A DNA stretch of 64,000 nt from a virus, in IMG/VR virus record IMGVR_UViG_3300013111_000325, positions 32,001 through 96,000 of that record; one strand, written 5' to 3'. Within the stretch, counting starts at the first letter, position 1. Each line of letters opens with the position of its first letter. The translations under genes and the position numbers were made by a program. Below are positions 9,678 through 20,300 of this stretch, piece after piece. Under the pieces are notes generated by a model. That model was not told where the DNA came from. It saw nothing but the letters and a program-made list of their open reading frames with translations, and ran no database searches.

Positions 9678-11978
9678 ATGCGACTTAAAGATTTACACGA
9701 AAAACTAGATGGAAGAACCGCAGTTTTCACATTTGGTAGAATGAATCCTCCTACTATTGGACACGAAAAACTTCTTAATAAGTTGAAAAATGTCGCTAGT
9801 AAAAGTTCTGCTGATTGGTTCGTATATTTAAGTTCAAGTCAAGATGCCAAAAAGAATCCACTACCTTTTGAGCGTAAAATTCACTATGCCAGAAAGATGT
9901 TTGGTAGAGATGTGAATGCAAGAACCTTTCCTAAAGAGCCCACCGTACTCCATGCCGCTTCATCTCTTTACGGTAAAGGTTATAAAAAATTAATTATGGT
10001 TGTAGGGTCAGATAGAATAAATGATTTCAGCAAACTCCTCAAGCAATATAACAATCAAGATAAACCTCATGGATTTTATAATTTCGATTCGATTGATGTT
10101 GTGTCAGCAGGTGAGAGAGATCCTGATGCCGAAGGTGTATCAGGTATGTCAGCATCAAAGTTGAGAGGATTTGCAGTTCAAGGTAAATATGATGAGTTTG
10201 CGAAAGGGTTGCCAGGGTTGAATGATAAAGATGCAAAATCATTATTTAATGAAATACGAAAAGGATTAAAATTACAAGCAATATCTGAAAAAATCAAAGT
10301 GCAAAAAGAAATTATACCAGAAAAGGTTACTATGAAATTATCTACATTCAGAAATATTTTTAAGAGAGAAAAAATAGATGAAGATATTATGGATGTATTA
10401 AAGAAAAAGGCAGAGGTTTCCGGTATTTCTTTACAAATATTAAAATCAATTTATGAAAAAGCAGTAAAGCAATATAAACTTGGACATGAAATAGGACAGG
10501 TGAAAGAGCAATATGCTATGCAAAAAGTGAATGTACATCTTCTTAAAAATAAAAATATAGACAATACAAATGAGCAATTTAAGGAATGGATGAAGATGAC
10601 TGATTTTGCAGTTGTAGATGAGGCAACTGATGTTGTTGTGAGTACACCAACAGGAAGATATCAAACAAAAACAGATAGTGTGACAAAAACGAAGCAAAAA
10701 GAAAAAACGAGATTTAGATCATCTGCTGATAGAAATAGTGTAACAGTAAAACGAGCAACTTCAAGAGACAAACGATATACTGATCAAGAACCTGTACAAC
10801 CTGTACAAGAAATGATGTCTAGACCTCATGTATTTGTAGGTATTAAAGATACGGATCCTCGGTCTAATCTACGCCCTAGTGTTAGTTATAAACCAGGTAA
10901 GTCGGACGATTTAGTATTAATCAAACCTGTGGAAACAGATTTTTTTAACGAGAACTTAAAAGAACTTATTAATTCACCTTATGATTTTTTAGAAGAACTT
11001 AAATTGCATACTAATTTTCCAATATTGATAAAAGATAAAGGTGCTGAAAAGAAAATGGTAGATGCCATCGTAAAGAAAAAATCATTTACGACTTCAGGTT
11101 ATTATGGCGACAAAGTTTATGCAGTTGGCACAAATGAAAATAGTTTGAGAAAAGCATTAGAAAATTCTAAAATGTACGAAAGTCTTGATGAAGCAACTGG
11201 TAATGAAATTAAAAAGTACATGAAATCAAAATGGAATACTGATGTAAGAGCATCTAAAGTTGGTACTGGTAAGTCTATGAGGGTGGTAGGTAAGATTCCT
11301 AATGATTTTAGAGCATTTGTTATTAAGAAGTTTGAGCCCAATGCAAAAATTATGGATAAGAACAATATTGATTATGGAAACATAAGAGGTAATTATGTTT
11401 CACTTAGAGTTGGTGAATGGGATGAGTTATTGAAAGAGGATATTCAAGAAAAAGCAGTATCAAAACAACAACAAAAATTCTTTGGTCTTGTCAGAGCAAT
11501 TCAAAAAGGTAAAGCAAGTGGATCTCCTGAAGCAGAGAAGACCGCACGAGATATGAGTAAGAAAGATGTGAAAGATTTTGCCAGCACAAAGCATAAAGGT
11601 TTACCGAAAAAGGTTCAACAAGAAGGAAAATTACTCAAAAGAATTAAAGAGTTGAAAAATAATACTGTTTCTGAAGAATGGGAATTTGATGCAAATACAC
11701 TTCTTCAACAATTGGGTGGTAATAAATTTATGGTTATGACTGGTGCTAAAAATCTCATGGTTGACAAAGAAGAAAAATCTTTACATATGAGAATAGGTAA
11801 AAACTCAAAAGGTATCAATCATCTTAAAATAACATATATGCCAGATGACACTTATACTATGGATTTTGGACGAATTAGAAAACTCGACTATAAAGTGGTT
11901 CGTTCAGTTAAAAGCGTGTATGCAGAGGCATTACAGGATGTTTTCACAGAAGTAACTGGAATGTATACCAGTTTATAG
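9678..11978 (+). CDS. Cytidylyltransferase-like (HxGH nucleotidyltransferase) protein with long multi-module C-terminal extension
   Basis: FGRMNPPTIGH, VVGSDR, SAGERDPDAEG and GMSASKLR motifs of T4-like phage cytidyltransferases, followed by ~550 aa of further modules. Confidence 0.85.
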   Translation: MRLKDLHEKLDGRTAVFTFGRMNPPTIGHEKLLNKLKNVASKSSADWFVYLSSSQDAKKNPLPFERKIHYARKMFGRDVNARTFPKEPTVLHAASSLYGKGYKKLIMVVGSDRINDFSKLLKQYNNQDKPHGFYNFDSIDVVSAGERDPDAEGVSGMSASKLRGFAVQGKYDEFAKGLPGLNDKDAKSLFNEIRKGLKLQAISEKIKVQKEIIPEKVTMKLSTFRNIFKREKIDEDIMDVLKKKAEVSGISLQILKSIYEKAVKQYKLGHEIGQVKEQYAMQKVNVHLLKNKNIDNTNEQFKEWMKMTDFAVVDEATDVVVSTPTGRYQTKTDSVTKTKQKEKTRFRSSADRNSVTVKRATSRDKRYTDQEPVQPVQEMMSRPHVFVGIKDTDPRSNLRPSVSYKPGKSDDLVLIKPVETDFFNENLKELINSPYDFLEELKLHTNFPILIKDKGAEKKMVDAIVKKKSFTTSGYYGDKVYAVGTNENSLRKALENSKMYESLDEATGNEIKKYMKSKWNTDVRASKVGTGKSMRVVGKIPNDFRAFVIKKFEPNAKIMDKNNIDYGNIRGNYVSLRVGEWDELLKEDIQEKAVSKQQQKFFGLVRAIQKGKASGSPEAEKTARDMSKKDVKDFASTKHKGLPKKVQQEGKLLKRIKELKNNTVSEEWEFDANTLLQQLGGNKFMVMTGAKNLMVDKEEKSLHMRIGKNSKGINHLKITYMPDDTYTMDFGRIRKLDYKVVRSVKSVYAEALQDVFTEVTGMYTSL

Positions 11979-11986
11979 GAGAAACA

Positions 11987-14900
11987 ATGTTAAATACACT
12001 TCATGACGGACCATTTACTCAGATGAAAGAACAGGGAGATATCCATGTTCATCATTATCAAAAGGGAGAAAATCCTGACGATAAAAAGAAAAAAGAGAAA
12101 GAATCCAAAGCCAATGGTAACGGAAACGGCAATGGTGCTCCTGCAAACGGAAACGGCAATGGTGCTCCTGTAGAAGCAGAGGCGGCTCCTCCCCCTCCTG
12201 AGGATAAGGGTAATCCATTGGCTAAATTTTCAAAAGACGAAGTGAAGCGTATTAGAGATATTCTTAAAAAAGATAAAGAGGAAAAAGAACCAGAGAAAAA
12301 ATTATCAAATAAAAAAGATAAGGTCAATACTAAACCTAAAATGAAAGATACCGAAGTAAAAGAAATGTCCGCTGACCTAGCATACAGAGCAATGGATAAA
12401 GCGGATAAGAAAAGTAGAGGGGAAATGTCAGTGATGGATCCCAAAAGAGCAAGAAAAAAAGCAAGACAATCACGAAAATTTGCTGATTATTCTATCAAGA
12501 AAACTCTTAAAGGTGAAGAGTTTGAATATGCACATAATCAAGCACTTGAAGAAAATGCTAAAAGAGATATAATGGCTTTTGGTGCAAAACTTAAAGGGTA
12601 TTCCGATAGAAGTGGCGGTATTGATAAAGACTATTTTAACAAAATTGCAAATACTGCATTAAGTGGTCGTATGCCTGATAAAAGAGATATTGATGGTGAT
12701 ACAGATCCAAGAGATTTTGTATTAGATATGATGAATCGTACATTTCCAAAAGCAACAATGCAAAACTATGCAGGAATTTCTCCATCACTTGATCAATATT
12801 TACGATCAACAACAGGTGTAAAAACACACGTTAGTCAAAATCTTAAAAGAAGTGTAACAGTTCCTGAAGAAGTTGAATTAGACGAAGTAGAATCAGACTA
12901 TGCAAAAGAAATAGAAGCATTTAAAGCACAAGGAGGAAAGATTAAAAAATTACCTCCAGGAAAAAAATTTAAAAGTAAATTTAGTAAAGTAAAAGGTCCG
13001 AAAAAACTTCCAATACAAGCAGAAGATGCTGAAATTGAAGAAAATGTAGCATACCTGAAAAATAAAGAAGGACACGTTTTTCATATTTCAAAAAGAGATA
13101 AAAAAGGTGATGCTTATTCAATGCATGTAGCCGATTCAAGTGGAAAGAAAGTTAAGGATTGGGGTTCACATCCTTCTCTAAGTGGAGCAAAGAAATTTGC
13201 AAGTAAACGAGGATTTACAGAAGAGGTTGATTTTGAGGAAGCCTATACAATGCATAAAGGAATGAAAATAAAAAATGTTCCACGTTCAGCAGGTAAAGAT
13301 GCAGTAGAATATAATAAAAAAAGAAGAGAAGCACAAAGAAAAAGAGCAGGTCTTGATGAAGCAAAAAAACCAAACCTGACAGCCGGAATGGAATGTCAGG
13401 AATGTGGTAAGAAATTTCGTGCTAAACTTTCTACATTACAATATGGAAAGACAAAATGTCCAAAATGTAAAAGCACCGATTTGGATTTTGCATTTGGTGC
13501 AAAAAATGAGAGTAGTGTAAATGGTATTGTTGAGGGATATCAAAAAGCAGTATTGCTCAGTTTGGATGATGCAGGAATTGACGGACATTTTGATAGGGAT
13601 AAAGTGGTTGTTGCAAAGAGAGATGTAGAAAGAGCCAAAGAAGTTTTGGATAATGACCCAGATATAAGGAGAACTCCAAAGATTGTTGGGGAAGAAGTTG
13701 AAACTGTTTATGAAGCAAGAAAATCTGATTATCAAATCTATCATAAAGATTTCTCTTCTGCTATGCAACATGCATATGCAGTTGCAAAGAAAAGGGGATA
13801 TACAGTCGATCCACAAGAGATTGACAACAAAGTTGCAACAGGTCCAAGAAAACCTTCTAGCGGTAAAACAAATCGTTATATCCTAGGTACGGACAAGAAG
13901 CAAAACTTACATGTCCAGGTTGCAAACCTAGATAACAAACGATACGAACTCAATATGTATATTGAGGAAGTAATTCCAGAGGAGACTAAAATGATTCCAA
14001 CAAATGAGAAAAAATTGGATCCTGTCGGTCAAGAAGATGGTGATGTTGATAATGATGGTGACAAGGATTCATCTGATGATTATCTTATGAAACGCAGAAA
14101 TGCAGTTAAAAAAGCAATGGGTAAGCGTAAGACAGGTATGAAAGAAGAGCATCAACTCAATACGATGACTGATGGTGCTTTCACAACTGCCGATATGCTT
14201 GCACAAACATATCTTTCTATGTCTCGTGATGAGCAAATTCAAGTGACGGAAGTTACTAATGAAGATCTTAAAAAAGAAAATATTGACGAAGTTGAATCCG
14301 CATATGCGAAACAAATTGCTGACTATAAAGCCAAAGGTGGAACAGTTAAGAAATATACTGGTCCTAACATGAAAAATGTCAAGAGAGCAACTTCAGGTTT
14401 TAAGAAAAAACTTGCAAAGACTAATAAAATCGTTGCTCAGGAACTTGAAAAAGTGAAAGCGGAAAAAGAGGCTAATAAGCAACAGGATGAGGCTTGGAAA
14501 AAAGGGACTTATCATGTAAAAGATGCAGATGGTAAAATACATGGCACATATAAATCCGGAAAACATGCTTCTAAAGCAATGCATAAACTCATGGATAAAG
14601 GTGGTCATAAAGAATTAGAAGTATCAAGGGCTAATGAAGAAGTCTCAAAGAATGTCGGCAAATTAAATAAAGTTCTGGAGAATAGAAAACTTGAGCGTAA
14701 TAAAGTTGTTGTGGATGGTCAAGGTGGTGCAGGTGAAGTAGGTACTGACGAACTTACAAAAAAATATCAGGAAGTTACGCCAGGACAACCAAAAGAGTTG
14801 ATCAGAGAAAGTTCAGTTGTTATTAATAGTCAAGATATGTTTAAGAGATTTGAGGACATGGTGAGTTATATGATGGGTATTTCTGTAACACATCCTGAAA

Positions 14901-15229
14901 GTTTTCAGATGTTTCCGATTGGTGAATCTGGTAAAATGAGATTAGAATATGAACATGGACCTCTTGCTACAATTTGTGAAACAGATGTTATCAATTTCTT
15001 TGGACCAAACGTTGACATGGAACAATTTGTAGAAATGGTTAAAGAATTTGGTGTAAATGTCACAACGGCAGATAATTCTTTTGTTGTAGGAGACACACCA
15101 GGTACTGAAGGTATAGTCAAAGAAATTACACCTGGACAATATGCCGAAGAGTATGCAAAAAAGTATACCACAGGAGGCATGATGGATCAAATGAGAGCAA
15201 ATATTGAAGAACTTGCTAAGAGAATTTGA
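11987..15229 (+). CDS. Large, highly charged modular protein (putative internal head polyprotein)
   Basis: 1080 aa, K/E-rich; many (I/L/V)xE segments, a CxxC..CxxC zinc ribbon, DxDxDG repeats and duplicated modules. Confidence 0.65.
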   Translation: MLNTLHDGPFTQMKEQGDIHVHHYQKGENPDDKKKKEKESKANGNGNGNGAPANGNGNGAPVEAEAAPPPPEDKGNPLAKFSKDEVKRIRDILKKDKEEKEPEKKLSNKKDKVNTKPKMKDTEVKEMSADLAYRAMDKADKKSRGEMSVMDPKRARKKARQSRKFADYSIKKTLKGEEFEYAHNQALEENAKRDIMAFGAKLKGYSDRSGGIDKDYFNKIANTALSGRMPDKRDIDGDTDPRDFVLDMMNRTFPKATMQNYAGISPSLDQYLRSTTGVKTHVSQNLKRSVTVPEEVELDEVESDYAKEIEAFKAQGGKIKKLPPGKKFKSKFSKVKGPKKLPIQAEDAEIEENVAYLKNKEGHVFHISKRDKKGDAYSMHVADSSGKKVKDWGSHPSLSGAKKFASKRGFTEEVDFEEAYTMHKGMKIKNVPRSAGKDAVEYNKKRREAQRKRAGLDEAKKPNLTAGMECQECGKKFRAKLSTLQYGKTKCPKCKSTDLDFAFGAKNESSVNGIVEGYQKAVLLSLDDAGIDGHFDRDKVVVAKRDVERAKEVLDNDPDIRRTPKIVGEEVETVYEARKSDYQIYHKDFSSAMQHAYAVAKKRGYTVDPQEIDNKVATGPRKPSSGKTNRYILGTDKKQNLHVQVANLDNKRYELNMYIEEVIPEETKMIPTNEKKLDPVGQEDGDVDNDGDKDSSDDYLMKRRNAVKKAMGKRKTGMKEEHQLNTMTDGAFTTADMLAQTYLSMSRDEQIQVTEVTNEDLKKENIDEVESAYAKQIADYKAKGGTVKKYTGPNMKNVKRATSGFKKKLAKTNKIVAQELEKVKAEKEANKQQDEAWKKGTYHVKDADGKIHGTYKSGKHASKAMHKLMDKGGHKELEVSRANEEVSKNVGKLNKVLENRKLERNKVVVDGQGGAGEVGTDELTKKYQEVTPGQPKELIRESSVVINSQDMFKRFEDMVSYMMGISVTHPESFQMFPIGESGKMRLEYEHGPLATICETDVINFFGPNVDMEQFVEMVKEFGVNVTTADNSFVVGDTPGTEGIVKEITPGQYAEEYAKKYTTGGMMDQMRANIEELAKRI

Positions 15230-15722
15230 TCAACCACAAATTTATTGCGATATGGACATGGTGTTAGTCGATTTCTTAGGAGGAGCGGCCAATGCTCTTG
15301 GTGTTGATTTTCGTGAAGCTAATAGAAAAACACGTTGGTCTATTTTAGATAATCAACCTGATTTCTTTTTCAATCTTCCACCAATGCCAGATTATAAAGT
15401 CTTGTGGAATTTTATACGAAAATTTGATCCATACATATTGACAGCCGCCCCAAATTCTAGTTTTGAGAAGGCGTCAATAGATAAAAAGAAATGGTGTAAA
15501 AAATATCTTAAAATAGATGAGTCAAGAGTATATACAGTGCAGAGACAGGATAAAAAACACTTTGCAATTGACGGAAGAGATGGTCGAGCAAATATATTGA
15601 TTGATGACCATCCAAAAAATGTTAAAGAATGGAGAGATAATGGTGGTATAGGTGTCTTACATACACCTTTTAATGCAAAAAATTCTGTTAAACAATTAAT
15701 TAATATTGGATTTGGGAGATGA
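15204..15722 (+). CDS. HAD-family 5'(3')-deoxyribonucleotidase-like protein
   Basis: IYCDMDMVLVDF, ILTAAP and ILIDDH motifs. Confidence 0.85.
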   Translation: MKNLLREFDQPQIYCDMDMVLVDFLGGAANALGVDFREANRKTRWSILDNQPDFFFNLPPMPDYKVLWNFIRKFDPYILTAAPNSSFEKASIDKKKWCKKYLKIDESRVYTVQRQDKKHFAIDGRDGRANILIDDHPKNVKEWRDNGGIGVLHTPFNAKNSVKQLINIGFGR

Positions 15723-15723
15723 T

Positions 15724-15900
15724 ATGGCAAAAGCCAAAAAAACAGAAGTAAAGTCCGCAACTATTGAGGATGTAGCTCCAGCACCTAAGCCTGCTCCAGC
15801 ACCTAAGCCTGCTTCAAAAGTTGTGACTAATACAGAATGGTCAGAAAAAGGTTTCAAATCACCAGAAGCCTATGAAAAATATAAGAGTAAATTTAACTAA
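15724..15900 (+). CDS. Small basic Pro/Ala-rich hypothetical protein
   Basis: GGGAG RBS then ATG; APAPKP repeat. Confidence 0.6.
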   Translation: MAKAKKTEVKSATIEDVAPAPKPAPAPKPASKVVTNTEWSEKGFKSPEAYEKYKSKFN

Positions 15901-15911
15901 GAGGAGAAACT

Positions 15912-16205
15912 ATGTCTTGGGGAGTTATAGACAATAATGCAAGTAAACCTGCGTATCTAAGTTCAGATACTAATGCACCACAAGGAGATCAAAAAGATAA
16001 CTGCTTTGGTGTAAATGCAACCGAAGTTGCCGTTGCAACAGAAGACGGTAAAGGTTGTATTTCACAAGGTTTTGTTGCAAAAAGAACAAAAACACGATAT
16101 GCTGAAGGTACTTCAACGGCAACGACACACTCATACTTTGAACCATTAGTATGTGTTAATATTACAAGTGGAGACTTGGAAGACGATGTATTTCTTGATT
16201 CTTAA
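15912..16205 (+). CDS. Hypothetical, probably structural protein
   Basis: GAGGAG RBS; MSWG start and C-terminal E.LV..D.ED pattern common in myovirus structural ORFs. Confidence 0.6.
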   Translation: MSWGVIDNNASKPAYLSSDTNAPQGDQKDNCFGVNATEVAVATEDGKGCISQGFVAKRTKTRYAEGTSTATTHSYFEPLVCVNITSGDLEDDVFLDS

Positions 16206-16227
16206 TTTTTAACTTTATTATGGAGAC

Positions 16228-16506
16228 ATGATGAATGACAATATTTCGTTATTAAAAACGATTGAAAAAACCTATACAAATAATGAATTGATTGAAATTT
16301 TAGTTTATAAGAAGAACGAAGTTGATGCCTTATTTCAAGAACAGTCTTTGGAATTAGATCGCATTGGCCGTGAGAAAGATGAACTAAATAAATTAGAAGA
16401 AAATGTTCGTTATGAACTTAGTGGATTACATGGTGCTAGAACGGTTCTAGACCAACTTATAAACGACAATAGTGTGAAGACAAAACAAGAAAACGAGGAA
16501 CAGTAA
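16228..16506 (+). CDS. Hypothetical coiled-coil protein
   Basis: GGAG RBS; heptad pattern. Confidence 0.6.
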   Translation: MMNDNISLLKTIEKTYTNNELIEILVYKKNEVDALFQEQSLELDRIGREKDELNKLEENVRYELSGLHGARTVLDQLINDNSVKTKQENEEQ

Positions 16507-16529
16507 AACATCCCTTTTACTGTTCTTTT
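16499..16529 (+). terminator. Possible intrinsic terminator
   Basis: aacagtaaaa-catccc-ttttactgtt hairpin followed by ctttt. Confidence 0.35.
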
Positions 16530-16576
16530 ATAGTATGAACAGTCTTGGTTGAGTCCCAACACTCTTAGGAGTAACA

Positions 16577-17359
16577 ATGGCTGATAAGAAAATGACGGCC
16601 CTTACGGATCTGTCCACAGGTATCGCTTCCGCTGATATCTTACATGTGGTTGATGATCCTAGTGGCAGTCCAGTAAATAAAAGAGTTTCGGTTTTCAATT
16701 TGTTTGGAAACTTAAATCACGTAACCGACTCTGGTGATAGTTCTGGTAGAACTTTTGTTGCCGCAACTCAAAACGTAGGAAATGATGCCACATCTGGTGA
16801 TACAATTCCTTTAAGTTCGCATACAAATTTTATCAAAACATCGTCTAGTGCAAGAACAGTTCAATTTCTATATGGATCAAAATTCTCTGCAAACGTTCAG
16901 GGCGCTTATGCTAATGTAACCGGAGTTGTAGCAGGATCAATTATTCATGTAGACATTACTAATGGTGCGGCACCTAGTTCTATTAATACTGCATGGTCTT
17001 CAGGTACTGCAAGAGCATATGGTATGAAAATTCAATTTAGTGATTCTAATAGTACGACACGATCTATGAAACCTGATGCGTTTATCTGTTTAGATGATGA
17101 GCATGGCTCAACTGCAAATCGTTCACCTGGTGCTTATCCAGTTCAGTATTTGTTTGAGTTAGGTTCTAATGCATCTGGTTATGTATCTATGACTAATGCA
17201 GGAAATACCGAAGTGAATGCTCATCAGACAGGAAACAATAATATTATGGTTTCCGCTAATTGTGCTGATACAGCCGCCGATACCAGAGTAAGATGTAAAA
17301 TTAATGGTACCGATTATTGGTTACTAGCAACATCGAATACCACTATAGATAACGTATAA
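16577..17359 (+). CDS. Virion structural or fibre-like protein
   Basis: [24 protein letters not shown]-terminus shared with the next gene; S/T/N/G-rich. Confidence 0.65.
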   Translation: MADKKMTALTDLSTGIASADILHVVDDPSGSPVNKRVSVFNLFGNLNHVTDSGDSSGRTFVAATQNVGNDATSGDTIPLSSHTNFIKTSSSARTVQFLYGSKFSANVQGAYANVTGVVAGSIIHVDITNGAAPSSINTAWSSGTARAYGMKIQFSDSNSTTRSMKPDAFICLDDEHGSTANRSPGAYPVQYLFELGSNASGYVSMTNAGNTEVNAHQTGNNNIMVSANCADTAADTRVRCKINGTDYWLLATSNTTIDNV

Positions 17360-17385
17360 AGGTATTCGTATCATAAAGTAGGACT

Positions 17386-20300
17386 ATGGCAGATAAACGC
17401 ATATCAGGTCTTACTGCAATGACCACTATCAGCAAGGATGATATCCTGCTGGTAGTGGATGATCCTGCAGGAACACCTACAAATAAAAAAGTCTCAATTG
17501 AAAAATTCTTTGCTAATGTAGAACCTCAAATAGTTTTTGCTAATGTTACGGCGGCTTCAAATTCAACTGCTAGTAGTGTGACATTTAGAGGTGGAATAGG
17601 CGTTTCTAAAAATATAATAGTTGATGGTAACGTAACAGTAAATGGTGTTTTTACATTAGCTGGAAATGGAGCAATTACAAATCTTAGTTCAGATATAACT
17701 CCAGATACGACAATTACATATGACTTAGGTAATTCTATTGCATCATGGAAAGATGTGTATGTTCAAAAAATTGTTGGACATTCTGGTGCAATTGAGGTGG
17801 ATGCTAATGCGACATTTTCGGCAAATTTGACAACGACAGGAGCAAATGTATATGTCAATGGAACAGATTTAACAGTTGATGCAAATACAACATTTAAAGC
17901 AAATTTAATAGTACATTCTGATACAACAAATACTGTAATAAATTCTGGCAATACGCATATAACAAGTAATACTTTACTTGCAGGAACAAATACAGTCATA
18001 TCATCGAATCTCTCATCGTCTGCCAATTTAACACAAACTGGTATTTTGAGTTTGTTTAATGGGGCAAATTTAACTTCAAATGCTAATGCGACATTTTTTG
18101 GAAATGTGTCTCTTGGTGTCACATCTGGTGGAGGTAATCCAAAAGGCACAGATACGGTATTATTAAAAATTGATGCTGGAAATACATTTTCATCTTCTAA
18201 TACTACTTTAGAGGGTACTAATACTGTCATATCTTCAAACGTCACGATGAGTGGTGCAAATGTTAATATCACAGGTTCAAATAATTATATTACTGCTAAT
18301 ACCACATTAACCGCAAATCTTAATATAACAGGTGCGAATGTTTATATATCTCCTACTGGAGTTGCAAATGTTTATATAAAAGGTAATATAACAACAACGG
18401 GTAATACTGCACTTGGAGACGATTTATCAGTTGCTGGTAATGTAAATGTTACAGATACTACAGATTCAGAAACTAATACAACAGGATCAATTGTTACTGC
18501 AGGTGGTGTTGGAATTGCAAAAAGTTTATGGGTTGGAGAAAATGTAAATATTCATGGAAACCTTCATGCTAATGGTAATATAACTGCTGATGGTGGAACT
18601 ATTACTTTAGGAAGTGATGACACAGATACCGTTTCTTTTGGTGCAGATGTGGGTTCTCATATTATTCCTGACACAGATTCGACATATGATTTAGGTACTA
18701 CCGCAAAACGATTTAGAAACATTTGGCTTGATGATGCGGTTGCCACAGGAAATGTAAATGCAAGTGGTGATATAACTGCTACTGGAAATGTATCTGGATT
18801 ATTTGGTAATTTTACTGATAATGTAAAAATATCTACAGACAAATCTTTACAATTAAGAGATGATACAGAATATATTCATTCAAATGCTGATGGTGAAATT
18901 TCAGTTATATCTGGATCTAAAGTCACAATTACAACAACATCATTGAACACATCTGCAAATACGACACTTGCAGGTGAAACTGCAAACGTTACTGCAAATC
19001 TTTTTATTTCTGGAGCGAACACTAAAATTAGTTCCGCCAATACTACATTAGATGGTACAAAAACTACAATTGAAGGAGACGATTTAGTAGTCACTGCAAA
19101 TACAGCATTGCCAGCGTTTACATCAAATACTATATTAGTAACGACATCTGCGAATACAAATCTTGATGGTTCAGTAAATATCTCAGGTAATGTTGAAATG
19201 TTACATACTGTAAATGTAGCGGCTAATACATTTATTGGTGGACATGCAAATGTAAGAGGCACAAGTGAAGTTGCCGGTAATGTTGTCATGGGATCCACGA
19301 GTGCAGGTTCAAAAGTTACTATTCACGCTAATAATAATTTAATTATTAATTCGAATAATGAAAATGAATTTATTAAACTTGACACAAAGAGAACTGAATT
19401 ATATTCGAATGTAAACTTAGATATTGCTAAACATATACTCGCTGGAAATGGTGTATATGTTCAGGATGGCACTTCTGTTGTTTTTGGTGGTCAATTGTCA
19501 ATAAATGACACAATATCAACTGAAGGCTTGTTGTTATTAGAAGATGGTACTGCATATGATAGTGGAACTGATGATGGCGCCTTTATATTAGAAGATGGTG
19601 GTACTGATAGAATAGGAAGTAATTCTACAGGAATGATTATTGGCGGAGATATGATACTTGACAATTCAGAAATATCTTCTGCTAATGGTGTTATAAGTCT
19701 TGGAACTTATAATGGTCTTGCAAATGGTGTTATTAGAGTAAGTGATGCATATAATTTACCAAATACTGCAGGTGCTAATGGTCAATTTTTAAGATTGTTA
19801 CATGGTAATATTGTGTTCTCATCTGGCTCAGGTACAAATATGACTGATCTACATCAAGATTTAACACCACAATTAGGCGGTAAGTTAGATACTGATGACT
19901 ATATCATTACAAATGATGCACAAGCAAATGTAGTTATTCATGGAAATACAAGTGTATCATCAAGTGCAGGGGTTAAATTAGGAAGTCATCCTACTCTTTA
20001 TACTTTTGTAAAAGACACTAATGGTAGATTAGGTGTTAATACCATAGATCCAGGCCATTCTCTTGAAGTTATTGGTACTTTTAGAGCCTCCAATGATGGA
20101 GAGTTCAGTGAAGATTTAGATATAACATCACATAATGGAATAGATATAGGTTTAAAATTGGCTGGTACTCTTATTACATCTACCGCAGCCGAAATTAATA
20201 CACTAGATGGTTTTACAGGTGATGTAGCAGATCTTAATAAATTATCAGGAACTTCTGATACACTAGCCCCTGCTGACCTTAATGCAGTAGAAAATTTTGA

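Noticed and set aside
12110..12172. 27-nt tandem repeat (and an 18-nt repeat near 15775)
   Set aside because: In-frame low-complexity linkers (NGNGNGAP, APAPKP)
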